Source: Ureaplasma parvum serovar 3 str. ATCC 27815 (GTDB lineage: Bacteria; Bacillota_I; Bacilli_A; Mycoplasmatales; Mycoplasmoidaceae). Taken from it: a DNA stretch of 32,000 nt. A model generated the notes under the pieces. It was given only the letters and a program-made list of their open reading frames with translations. It was not told the DNA's origin and did no database searches. The position numbers and the translations under genes were made by a program. The DNA lies in the NCBI RefSeq assembly GCF_000019345.1, contig NC_010503.1, forward strand, positions 420,001-452,000. Direction: 5' to 3'. This document shows, in pieces, positions 13,101 through 24,513 of the stretch (its first letter is position 1; every line of letters begins with the position of its first letter).

Positions 13101-14457
13101 AATTGGTACTATGGCCCAAACAAGCGCTGAAAATACGGTTAAGAAGTATTTTGAAAACCGTTTTAATGAAAATAAAATTATTCGTGATTCAACGGTTAGT
13201 TTATATGTACAAAAGTGCATTGATTCTAAACGCACAACTGGTCAACATCCTGGGGGTATTATTATTGTTCCTAAAGAATATAGTATTTGGGATTTTTCAC
13301 CTTATAATTTTCCAGCTAATGATATTAATGAAACTTGAAAAACAACTCATTTTGCGTTTGAATATCTACATGATAGTTTATTAAAATTTGATATTTTAGG
13401 ACATGATAATCCAACAATTTTAAAACTTTTAAAAGATTATACGGGGATTGATGAACGTGATGTACCAATGTATGATCCATTAGTTATGAAATCATTTAGC
13501 GATATTAGTGCGCTAAATATTAAACCGTCTGATGTTTTAAATGAAACAACAGGAGCAATTTCTATTCCTGAATTTGGGACACGCTTTGTACGTGGTATGC
13601 TAGTGGATACTAAACCAAAATCATTTGCTGACTTAATTCGTATTTCAGGATTATCACATGGAGAAAGTGTTTGATTAGGAAATGCACAGTCATTAATTAA
13701 ATCTGGTAAATTGCTAAAGGATGTTATTGCTTGTCGTGATGATATTATGACATATTTAATTCGTCAAAATGTTGAACCAAAAACTGCCTTTTTAATTATG
13801 GAAGATGTTAGAAAAGGTAAAAAGATCAAACCAGAACACCAAATCATTTTAAAAGAATTAAAGGTTCCTGAATGATACATTGAATCAGCTAATAAAATTA
13901 AATATATGTTTCCCAAAGCACATGCCACAGCTTATGTTATGCATGCATGAAAATTTGCTTGATATAAAATTTATTATCCACTAGAATACTATGCAGCATT
14001 TTTTAGTGTTCGTGCTGATAATTTTGATTTATTTGTAATTAATCAAGGTAAAGAATTTATTGAAAAAACTTATAATGATATCGAACAACGTTCTAAATCA
14101 CGCGATCCACAAAAAAAAGTTAGTTCACGTGAACTTGCTTTACAACCAATTTATGAAATTGTGATTGAATTATTAGCTCGAGGTTTTAAAATTTCAAATA
14201 TTAGTATTGAACAATCACAGGCGACTAGTTATGTAATTGATAAAGAAAACAATGCTATTATTCCACCATTTATTGCGATTCAAGGATTGGGTGAAACAGT
14301 AGCTAATTCAATCATTGAAGCTCGTAATCAAAAAGTTTTTTCAACAATTGAGGATTTAAAAAACCGTACAAAAATTTCGCGTACAGATTTAAAAAATTTA
14401 CGAGTATTAGGCGTTTTAGATCATTTAAGTGAAACTGAACAACTAACATTATTTTAA
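10129..14457 (+). CDS. polC: DNA polymerase III alpha subunit, PolC type (Gram-positive)
   Basis: 1442 aa frame with TGA=Trp; embedded 3'-5' exonuclease domain ([24 protein letters not shown]; [17 protein letters not shown]; HRADYDA), [36 protein letters not shown] and [13 protein letters not shown]. Confidence 0.97.
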
Positions 14458-14571
14458 TTTTTTTGTTATATAAAAACCCTTTCTTTATTTTTTTAGTAGT
14501 ATAAATTTAACTGTGTTTATTTTTTAAACCAAATTATTTTCATTAAGGATAAATAAGAAAGTAGATATAAA

Positions 14572-16212
14572 ATGAAAAAAATAAATAAAAAGATTTTGTT
14601 TTCTTCATTGTTATTTGGAACTGTAGCTATTGGAACTGTTGCAGTTGCAACTGCATGTAGTGACAATAAGAAAACTAAAAAAACAATCAACACAGGCACT
14701 ACTCAACCCGGAAGTAGTACAGGAACAACAAGTAAATCATTAACGCAAGAAAAAGTGTTAAGAAATGAAATCATTTCTGAAATTTTGAATGCTAAATCTA
14801 AAAAACCAGATCGTGATAAGATGTGAGTTAATTGATGAAATAGTTCTTTTGAACAAGCACGAAAACTAGCAAGGGAAATGGATAAAGCAGTTGATTTAAC
14901 AAAATCTTCAAATTTTAAAAAATTAATTGCTGATGGAAAATACAAATCTACATTTAGTGCACAAATTGAAGATATTATTACTAAAGTTAAACATGATATT
15001 AAAATGTATGCAGAATCACCATTTTGAAAAAAATGACGTGATGAAAAAAAGACTGTTATTACATTAGTAAATAACAACGCTCCTCGTGAAGATTTAGGAG
15101 CTATGAATGTAACATCAATTGATTTACCTGCTGATTTTCCAATTATTTATTCAAAACCTGATTATGATGGTATTCCTGGATTAGGTGCACGTTTTCCAAC
15201 ACCTAAATCAAAAGTAGCTCCTGAAAAATTATTAGATGATGGTTTCTCATTTGGAGATATTATTGTTGAAGATGGTTCAGATACTCAAAAAGCAAATCTA
15301 CCTGGTCAATTAATTGAATCATTTGAAAAGACAGCTGATAAAGTAATTTACTTATACTATGATTCAGGTTTACCAGAAGCGTTTAAAAACAATCAACGTC
15401 AACCTGAAAAAATTAAACAATTTGAAGACTGAATGAAGAGTCAAAATGCTAATGATTTCGTTGCAAAACGCATGTTAAAAAATCCAAATAATAAGGACGA
15501 TTTAATTGTTATGCCAATGAGTAGTTTATGATATGCAAGTTATGGTATTTTAGGAGTTAATTATTCATTACATGCCCTTTCAGAAGCATTTGGTATGCCA
15601 AAATCTGAATTAGATGCTTTAAAAGCTAAAGAAGAATTTAAAGTGCCAAAACAATTAGTTACATTAGTTAACCAAGCTACAGATTTAAAAGAAGATAAAC
15701 AAACAATTAAAGATGAATGCGATCCTTTTAAATCACACCGTGATCCAAATCATAAAATTGACTGAAAAGTTTGAGCAACAAATTCACAAGTTTTAGATAT
15801 TGCTATTACTTTAGGACTAAAACCTGATTTATTAGTAAATGGTGAATTATCAACAAGTGGACATGAAGAAAATCAATTAGCTTTATATTTATCAGATTAT
15901 ATTAATGGACAACTAAAAGATTGTAGAACAATTACTCCAAATGATGGAATTCGTTGAGAAACAACATCATTAACTAAAATTAAAGATTTAAATGTTAATT
16001 TGATTCTAGCTGGAATTCATGGGGAAGCTGCAACAAAAATGTTTGGTGCATTAATGAAAGAACATAAAGAAATTGCCAATTTTGCAATTACTAACCGCCG
16101 ATTTAATGATGAAACAAGAAAAGTAGTTGCTCCTCAAGATCGCGATAAATACTCTCAAAATGCAGCTCTTGTTGATTGAGAAGATTACTTAAAAACAAAA
16201 GATTTACATTAA
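14572..16212 (+). CDS. Predicted lipoprotein, possibly ABC-type substrate-binding protein (546 aa)
   Basis: MKKINKKILFSSLLFGTVAIGTVAVATACSDN signal with lipobox. C-terminal half has a VLDIAITLGLKPDLFLVNGE pattern reminiscent of Fe/B12-type periplasmic binding folds. Continuous with TGA=Trp to TAA 16210-16212. Confidence 0.8.
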
Positions 16213-16245
16213 TTTTTAATTAATAAAGATAAAGATTATAATACA

Positions 16246-16290
16246 ATAAAAAATCCGTCTTATTATGTTTATAACAAAGATGGATTTTTT
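16246..16290 (+). terminator. Terminator between convergent genes
   Basis: aaaaaatccgtctt...aaagatggatttttt hairpin with A/T-runs on both sides. Confidence 0.65.
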
Positions 16291-16291
16291 A

Positions 16292-17095
16292 TTATTTATT
16301 TAATTTTTGTAAATAAAAATCAGCTTTTTGATAAGCATTTTCGCCATATATCTTAATTTTTAATTCATTAGTTTTTAAAAAAGCGTTTGTAGCTCATAAA
16401 AAACCATAATATGATGTTAAAAATAAGTATTTATAAATCAAGCATTCGTCATATCCTAATTTTTCTTTTATAAAAGAAATTCCAAAATTTAATTGGACAT
16501 CATTGAGATCTCTTAAAAAATTAAATAAATCTCAATCTTTTAAATTTCTACTACTATATTCAAAATCAATTAATATAAAAAGATTTTCGCATTCATTTGC
16601 TAAAATGTTATTAATTGAAAAATCATTGTGAGCCAAAACAAGTTTAGTTCTTTTTACTTCTTGTTCATAAATAGATTTAAAATATGAAGCTAATGGATCA
16701 TCTTTTACCAAAGGTAAATAAGATAAGTAATCAAAATCTTTAATTTTAATTTTTTTGTTAATGGTTAACGTTTGTAATTCTTTGATATTATGAATCACGT
16801 TAGCCATAAATCATTCATTAATTACATAAGGTTTTTTGACATTTATTTTTTGACTAATTAGGTGATGAGATTGTTGATCATAATAAAAATAACCTTTGAA
16901 AAATTTAGTAAACAAATAATGCTCTAAAGTATTTCCCTTTTTGATTTTAATTCTAATATATCAACTTAAATTGATTATGTCTACAACTTCAAATACCTGA
17001 TTAGTTCAAGCATCTAAAACAATTTGAATCGATTTAAAATTATGAAAATCAATATTGATAAAATCAATTAATAATGATTTTGCTCAATTTTTCAT
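16292..17095 (-). CDS. Choline kinase / aminoglycoside phosphotransferase-fold protein (267 aa)
   Basis: LVLAHNDFSINNILANECENLFILIDFEYSS matches the HxDxxxxN...hhDFE kinase-like phosphotransferase signature. Confidence 0.75.
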
Positions 17096-17601
17096 TAATT
17101 TTGATTTTTAAAATATTTTATTAATTCATTAACAAATTGATTTAAACGCATTTGATCTTGATTAATTGCACCATAATAATAAAAACTTTTTTGAATACTT
17201 GCTCGTAATTTTTTCAGCATTCCATTTACATTATTCAAATATTCTTCAACTGAAATATTATTAATATTAGGATCTTTTTTTTCATAAAAATCTTGATTAG
17301 CTCCAGTTGTGATGATTTTATAAACTTCTTTATTTTCTAAACTAAAAGGAAAAGTTCTTCAAACTTCAATAAAATAACGTGATAATGATCAAGGAATGTT
17401 ATATCAATTTAGCGTAAACAATAAAATAATTCGATCAAACCCTAAAATAAATTCTTGTTCTTTTGAAACATCAAAAGGTTGATTTGCATCAAGATTAACA
17501 CAAACAAAATTTGTTTGTTTTTGAAAAGCTTCAAAAATTTGTTGTGTATGAAACGATTTAGTTGGACAAACGCGTGCGTATAAAACTAATGTTTTTTTCA
17601 T
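17095..17601 (-). CDS. Flavodoxin-fold NAD(P)H oxidoreductase-like protein (168 aa)
   Basis: Frame with TGA=Trp: ...FDRIILLFTLNWYNIPWSLSRYFIEVW...ITTGAN, similar in pattern to the KefF/MdaB (Flavodoxin_2) family; RBS aaggag; TAATG overlap with the next gene. Confidence 0.55.
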
Positions 17602-17768
17602 GTTATTTAACTCCTTAAATTTATTTATTAAATTAAAACATAATTTAATAAAAATTAATATCATTAATTATTAATAATGATGAAAAAAACTATATAAAAT
17701 ATTTATCTTATCTTCTAAAGAAAACTCTTTTTGATAAGGGATTTGAAGGAATAATATATAAAAAAGAA

Positions 17769-19523
17769 TTATATTTTATTTAGTTTTTCACGTAAATTAA
17801 CTAAGACATTTTTAGGTAAAAATTGTAATAATTCTTGATCAGATGCACTTTTTAAATCATTAATGCTATCATAATATTTTAAAAGTTCATTAAAACGTTT
17901 TTTACCTAGACCTTGAACATTATCTAATAAAGAATTAAAAATAGATTTTGTGTGTTTATCTCTTAAAAACGAAATTGCATAATTGTGAACATCATTTTGC
18001 ATATTTGCTAAGAATTTATATAAAATACTTTTACGATCTAAAACAATTTCATCGCCATTAGTTAAAACAATGGCATCAGTTTTGTGTTTTTGATCTTTTT
18101 TTAGTCCTATTAATGGAATGTTTATTTGTAACTGTGCTAACGCATATAAAGCTGCATTAACTTGTAACTTTCCCCCATCTACTACAATTAGATTAGGTAA
18201 TTTTTGATGTTGTGAAACTAATCGTTGATAACGTCGTGTGATAACTTCAATCATAAAATGATAATCAGAAGCATTTTTAGTTGTCATTAAATTATATTTA
18301 CGATTTAATTTGTTATTTAATTTACCGTTTTGATAAACAATCATCCCAGCAATTGGTAAACTTAAATTAATATTAGAATTATCAAAACACTCAATGATAT
18401 TTAAATCTGGTAATTTTAAAATTTGTTTTAATTGATTTAAAGCATCATCTAATTCATTTTGTTTATTAATTACATTTTTAATATTAGATTCAAAATACAA
18501 AATAGCATTATCAAGAGCTAATTTAAGAATTCGTTTATGAAATTTTGTTTGCGCATTAATAAATTTTGTGTGAAAACGTTGTGATAAAGCTAATAAATTA
18601 TCATCATCTAAACTTACAATAATTTTTGAACTAATTTTATTTTGTGAATAGTATTGCATTAAAAATGAGGTTATTAATTCATTAATTTCATAATCATAAA
18701 TGGCAAATGTATCAGCACTTTTATTTAATAATTTGCCTTTAACATAATTAAAAATTATAATTACTAAATAATTATTTTTTTCATAAAAACCGATGATATC
18801 GAAACTTTCATTATTATCCAATTGCACTAATCCTGAATTAATAATTGAAGTAAGTGCTTTTTGTTGCTCAGCGTATTTTTGAGCATTTTCAAAATCTAAT
18901 TTAGTAACTGCATGTTGTTCTTTAGTTTGTAGAATCATTAAAATGTGATCTAAATTACCTTTAAAGATTTCTTTAACTTCACTGATTGCTTCTTGATATG
19001 TTGATTGTTGAACTTGATTAATACATTGATGCAGGTCATAATAAATACATTTTTTATATGGTTGATGATTACATTTATTAAATGGAAAAATACTATTTAA
19101 TAAATTAAATAATTGATATTTATTTGTGCTATCAGCTAATGGCCCAAAATAAATTCCTTTATTTTTATCATAAGTACGAACATATTTTAAACGGGGATAT
19201 TGTTCATTTGTAATCATGATATAAGGATAGTTTGAACCATCTTTTAATAAAATATTATATTTTGGAAGATGTGTTTTAATTAAATTGTTTTCTAAGATTA
19301 AAGCTTCGTTAACATTATTAACGACAATATATTCAAGATCATTAATGTTATTAACTAATTTACTTGTTTTATTGTCTTTACAACCATTAAAATATGAATG
19401 GGTTCGATTATATAAATCTTTCGCTTTACCAATGTAAATAATTTGATTGAATTGATCTTTTCATAAATAACAACCAGGTTTGTGAGGAATCAGTTTTAGT
19501 TTATTTTTTAATAAATCATTCAT
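17769..19523 (-). CDS. uvrC: Excinuclease ABC subunit C
   Basis: [51 protein letters not shown] domain; UVR-like region; [24 protein letters not shown]; [14 protein letters not shown]; [14 protein letters not shown] HhH. Confidence 0.96.
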
Positions 19524-20497
19524 TAACAAAAACTTTTATCAAATAAATCCTGGGGATTTAAGGCGTTAATAATTACCTTATATAAATTTTGGAAAAGTGG
19601 AGCACTAATTTGATTTGTTTTAATAATTTCATAAATAACTTTGATGTTATTTAAACCTTCAATAGTCTGTTGTTTATTTACTAAAGCTTCTTGTACGCCT
19701 TGTTGTGCAATCAGTAAACCAAAACTAAAATTACGTGATTTTTGATCAGTACAAGTTAAAATTGTATCACCAATAAAAAAGTATTCTAACGGATTGACTT
19801 TTTTGTGAAAAATTTTCTCTAAAATTAGTTGCATTTCATTGATTCCTTTAGTTAAAAAAGCTACTAAAGAATTATTTGAATTTTGTAATCCATAAATGAT
19901 ACCACAACCTATTGCTAATGCATTTTTAAAACAAGAAATATAATTAGCAGCATCAAACTGTTTAGATAAAATGCATTTAAATCAATTGTTTTCAAATTCT
20001 TCTTTAACTTTTATAAGGGCGTTTGAATTATTGCCTACTAAATTAACGACTGTTGGTTTTTTTAAAAAAACATCAATTGCAAATGAAGGGCCAACTAATC
20101 CAACTAAGGCTTTAATTTTTAAATTTTGTTTAATATAATCACACCATGATGATTTTGTTTCAAGATTTAATCCTTTCGCTGCATTAACAACAATAGTTTT
20201 TGATAAATTAAAAATTTTGATATTATCAACAAAGTTTTTAATAGCAAATGAAGGAATAGCAATGATGATAAAATCATATTGATTCTGAAGTGCTAAATTA
20301 ATATCCAAATATGTATTATTAATTGGTAAATCTAATTTTTGATCCTGAAAATATTTCTTATTTTTTTGATTTTCTTTCAAATCATTAAGCTCATTTTCAT
20401 TAATTCCATAAACATCAACAATATGAGAATTTGAAACTAAAACTTGTGTTAAAGCACTTCCAAAAGCTCCGCTTCCAACAATTAAAATTTTACTCAT
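19523..20497 (-). CDS. gpsA: Glycerol-3-phosphate dehydrogenase [NAD(P)+]
   Basis: MSKILIVGSGAFGSALTQVLVSN; IVVNAAKGL; LVGPSFA; NYFSCFKNALAIGCGIIYGL; TAATG overlap with uvrC. Confidence 0.95.
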
Positions 20498-20504
20498 TAT
20501 TATT

Positions 20505-21833
20505 TTATTCTCCTCGTAATTTTTTATTTTTATCTTGTCAATATAATGTTATTGGTACACTATCAAATCCAAAAGCTTTACGAATTTCATTTTCAATATA
20601 TCGAGCATAGCTAAAGTGCAAAAATTTAGGGTTATTACATTTTAAAACAAAAGTAGGGATTTGTGATTGTACTTGAACGATATATGAAATACTGATTCTC
20701 CCTCCTTTAAATGGTGGTGGTTCTTGAAAAGCATTTGCTTTAATAACAACATCATTTAATAATGAAGTTGCAATTTTGCGCATTGCTTGCTCACGAACGA
20801 ATTCAATTGCTTCAAAAATAGTGTGAATTCTTTTATTGTCTAAAGCACTAACAAAAACAATTGGTGCTCATGATAAATACTTAAATTGTGAACGAATCTG
20901 TTTTTTTACCATTTCCATTGTATGACTATTTTTGTTAATAATATTATCTCATTTATTAACAATAATAATTGTTGGAATATTTGCATTATATGCTAAACCA
21001 CCAACAACTTCATCTTGTTCTTTAAAAGGTTCAGATCCATCAAGTACTAATAAAATTAATTGGGATCTTTCAATTGCTTTTTTAGTTCGTAATACAGCAT
21101 ATTTTTCAACAGATTCGACAATTTTACCTTTTCGTCGTATTCCTGCAGTGTCAATGATTGTATATTTTTTATTATAGTAATTAAAATCATTATCGATTGA
21201 ATCACGTGTTGAACCTGCTTCAGCATTAACAATTACTCTTTGCTCACCTAAGATGGTATTTGTTAGTGAACTTTTACCAACATTTGGTCTTCCAATAATG
21301 CAAAATTTAAAGCGTTCTTGTTTTTCTAAATTATTTTGTATAGGCATATCTTTTACTAATTCATCTAAAAGATCACCCATTCCTATTCCATGCTCAGCTG
21401 AGATTTTAAAAAATTTACCAAACCCAAACGAATATAGTTCTCCTTCATTAAGATAATATTTTTCTGATTCGATCTTATTTATAACTAAAATAATTTTTTT
21501 ATCTTTAGCTTTTTCTTTTAACATTTTAGCTATTTTTTTATCATCATTATTAATTCCATCTTTTGCTGAGACTAAAAAAATAATTGTATTTGCTTCATTA
21601 ATCGCAAATAAAACTTGTTCATTGATGTTATCTTGATAAGTATCTTTTGAGCTAATTATACCTCCTGTATCAATCAACATAAAGCTTCGCGTTAATCAAT
21701 TACCAATATCATATATTCGATCTCTTGTTACTCCTGGCTGATCGTCAACAATTGATTTACGGCGCATTAAAATACGATTAAATAATGATGATTTACCAAC
21801 ATTTGGCTTTCCGACAATAGCAATAGTTCGCAT
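20505..21833 (-). CDS. der: GTPase Der (EngA), two tandem G domains
   Basis: [39 protein letters not shown]; second domain [37 protein letters not shown]; C-terminal KH-like domain. Confidence 0.97.
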
Positions 21834-21968
21834 AGATTATTCCTTTTTAATCACAAACATTATATGTAATTATAATAAAAAACAATTTAATAATGTTTGA
21901 TTAAGCTTTCATATTTTGAATATAAATTATTTCTTTATTTGGCAAACATTTAAATAAAGGGTGGTTTT

Positions 21969-23066
21969 GTGATTAATAATTTATTTAAAACTAAAAATTA
22001 TTATATTAGTTTTTTAATTTTAGCAACTAGTATTGCTTGCTGTTTCTATTATAATAATTTTTGAATTTTAATAGTTAATATTTGTCAATTTTATTGATTA
22101 TATTCAATTAAATTTAATTATAAAATTATCATTTTAATCATTATATTCAGCGCTTTATGTATTATTTTGTGTTTATTAATTCACAAAGATTTTAATATAC
22201 ATTTTTTAGTTATAAATATCGAAAAAAAATATAATTACTCGTTACGAACACAAATTTTAATATATCTTAGTAAAAAGTACTCAAATGAAAATACTTTAAT
22301 GTTAATTAAATTAATGATTTTTAATGAAAAGATTAACAGTGATTTTAAGCAAATTTTATATGATCTTAATATCGCTCATTTATTTATTGTTTCAGGATTG
22401 CACTTGAATTTATTTATTCTAATCATTAATAAGATTTTTTCTAAACGATGACCCAAAACAAGTTTTTTAATAGGAATATTATTTTTACTTTTTTATGGAT
22501 ATTTACTTGAATTTTCAATTGGTTTTATTCGAGTTTTTATTATGCATATTTTATCAATTAAATTTTTTCAAAAAATTTCTAAAATGGATAAATTGGCAAT
22601 TAGCGGAATGTTAATTGGTTGTTTAAGTATTTATAATTTATCGATTTTGAGTTTTATTTTTGCATATTTAGCTTTATTTTGCATTTACCTTATTAATATT
22701 TTTATAAAGAACAATTCGGTATTAAAAAATATTTACATAAATTTGTATATTTTATCAATCACTTTTGTCATTTCAATCAATTTAAACCAAAAAATCAATT
22801 TTTTAAGTATTGTTTTTGGTTATGTAATGAATTTACCAATTCTTTTTGTATATCAAATACTTTTTTGATTAATGTTTATTCCTCATTTTGAATTAATTTT
22901 AGATTTATTTACTAATACATTAGTAAAATCTATTTATTTTATTAGTGAAATTGATGCGAGTATTCTAATTAAAGCTTACGTAAAAATTGTTACGATTTTT
23001 TATACGACTATTTGAATAACAACTTCTCTTTGAATTTATTATAAAAAAATATTAAAAAAAGTATAA
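21969..23066 (+). CDS. comEC: ComEC/Rec2-like membrane protein, short (365 aa)
   Basis: Multi-pass hydrophobic protein with competence-domain signature LNIAHLFIVSGLHLNLF; GTG start with aaaggg upstream; continuous only with TGA=Trp. Confidence 0.7.
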
Positions 23067-23108
23067 GAGTATACTATTTTTCAAATTCGTGATATATAAT
23101 ATAGTTGC

Positions 23109-23145
23109 CAAGTGTAAAAAAGTGGGGAAAAATGTATAAAAATGT
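23109..23145 (+). promoter_or_regulatory. Putative MraZ-binding boxes (10-bp period direct repeats), preceded by -10 TATAAT (23095-23100)
   Basis: caAGTGTaaa aaAGTGGgga aaAATGTata aaAATGT: 10-bp-spaced degenerate AAAGTG[T/G] boxes immediately upstream of and overlapping the mraZ start. Confidence 0.65.
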
Positions 23146-23579
23146 TTATTGGTACTTATAATCATTCAATTGATTCAAAGAATCGTATGTTAGTTCCATC
23201 AAAAGTTAAAGCAACATTAGGTGAAGCCATTTTTGTTTATTTATCACTTGGTTTTGATGGAAATATAGATATGAGATTAGAGAGTGAATTTAATCAATTC
23301 GTTAACAATATTAATAATTTATTAATTGGTTCAAAAGAAGCGCGAAATCTTACAAGATTAATATTAAGCCAAACTTATAAAATAGAAATCGATAGTGCGT
23401 CAAGAATTTTAATACCTCAAAACCTTATTGATAAAGCTAAAATTAAAAAAGATATTTATATTATTGGAACAAATGATCGATATGAAATTTGGGCTAAAGA
23501 AGTTTATGATGATTTTAGCTTAAATCAAGAAAGTACGCTAAGTGATTTAGCTGAAAAATTATTAATTAATGGAATTTAA
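23142..23579 (+). CDS. mraZ: Transcriptional regulator MraZ
   Basis: MFIGTYNHSIDSKNRMLVPSKVKATLG... plus DSASRILIPQNLIDKAKI (two SpoVT/AbrB-like DxxGRxxLP-type motifs). Confidence 0.95.
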   Translation: MFIGTYNHSIDSKNRMLVPSKVKATLGEAIFVYLSLGFDGNIDMRLESEFNQFVNNINNLLIGSKEARNLTRLILSQTYKIEIDSASRILIPQNLIDKAKIKKDIYIIGTNDRYEIWAKEVYDDFSLNQESTLSDLAEKLLINGI

Positions 23580-24495
23580 TCAACACATTACCGTTTTATT
23601 AAACGAAACAATCGAATTATTAAATATTAAACCAGATGGCATTTATGTTGATTGTACATTTGGTCGTGGCGGACATTCACAACTCATCTTAAAAAAACTC
23701 TCAAAAAAAGGTAAATTAATTTGTTTAGATCAAGATCAAGAAGCAATTAATTTTGCAAATAATTTATTTAAAAATAATACAAATGTAATTGTTATTAAAA
23801 CAAACTTTAAAAATTTAAAATCAGCATTAAGTGCACATAAAATTTTTTATGTTGATGGCTTTATCTTTGATTTAGGTTTATCAAGTCCACAACTTGATGA
23901 TCCAAAAAGAGGTTTTAGTTATCATAAGAATGCTTGATTAGATATGCGAATGGATCAATCGCAAAACTTAAATGCTCACTATATTGTTAATAATTATTCT
24001 TTTGCAAAATTAGTAAGTATTTTTAAACGATATGGAGAAATAAAATATCCAAAAATTATTGCTGATGCAATTGTTAAAGAACGCAGTATTAAAGAGATTA
24101 ATACAACATTGGAATTAGTTGAAATCATTAAAAAATATTCTCCTAAAAAAAATTTATTTGAAAAAAAACATCCTGCACGTTTATTTTTTCAAGCAATTAG
24201 AATAGAAGTTAATGATGAATTAAACATTTTAGAAAAAGCATTTAATGATGCTATTTCAATGTTAAATCCCTTAGGTGTTGTGGCAATTATTAGCTTTCAT
24301 AGTCTTGAAGATAAAATTGTTAAAAAGGTCTTTAATAATTATGCAAAAATTAAATTACCTAAAGAAGTCCCAATAAATAATTATGTAAATAAATATAGTT
24401 TATTGAATCAAAAAATTATGCCAAGCACCCAGGAACTAAATGATAACAATCGTTCACGATCATCTATTTTAAGGGGATTAATTAGAAATTATTAA
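23569..24495 (+). CDS. rsmH: 16S rRNA m4C1402 methyltransferase
   Basis: HITVLLNETIELLNIKPDGIYVDCTFGRGGHS; DGFIFDLGLSSPQLDDPKRGFSY; RMDQSQ; SFHSLEDKIVK; overlaps mraZ by 11 nt. Confidence 0.97.
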
Positions 24496-24513
24496 AAATG
24501 GAGGATTTTATTT

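Noticed and set aside
12986-13384. Track ORF 12986..13384 (132 aa)
   Set aside because: Out-of-frame overlap with intact polC frame.
14517-15077. Minus-strand ORFs 14517..14699 and 14703..15077
   Set aside because: Antisense to the lipoprotein gene; no RBS or recognisable motifs.
20932-21456. Plus-strand ORFs 20932..21177 and 21253..21456
   Set aside because: Antisense to the well-supported der gene.
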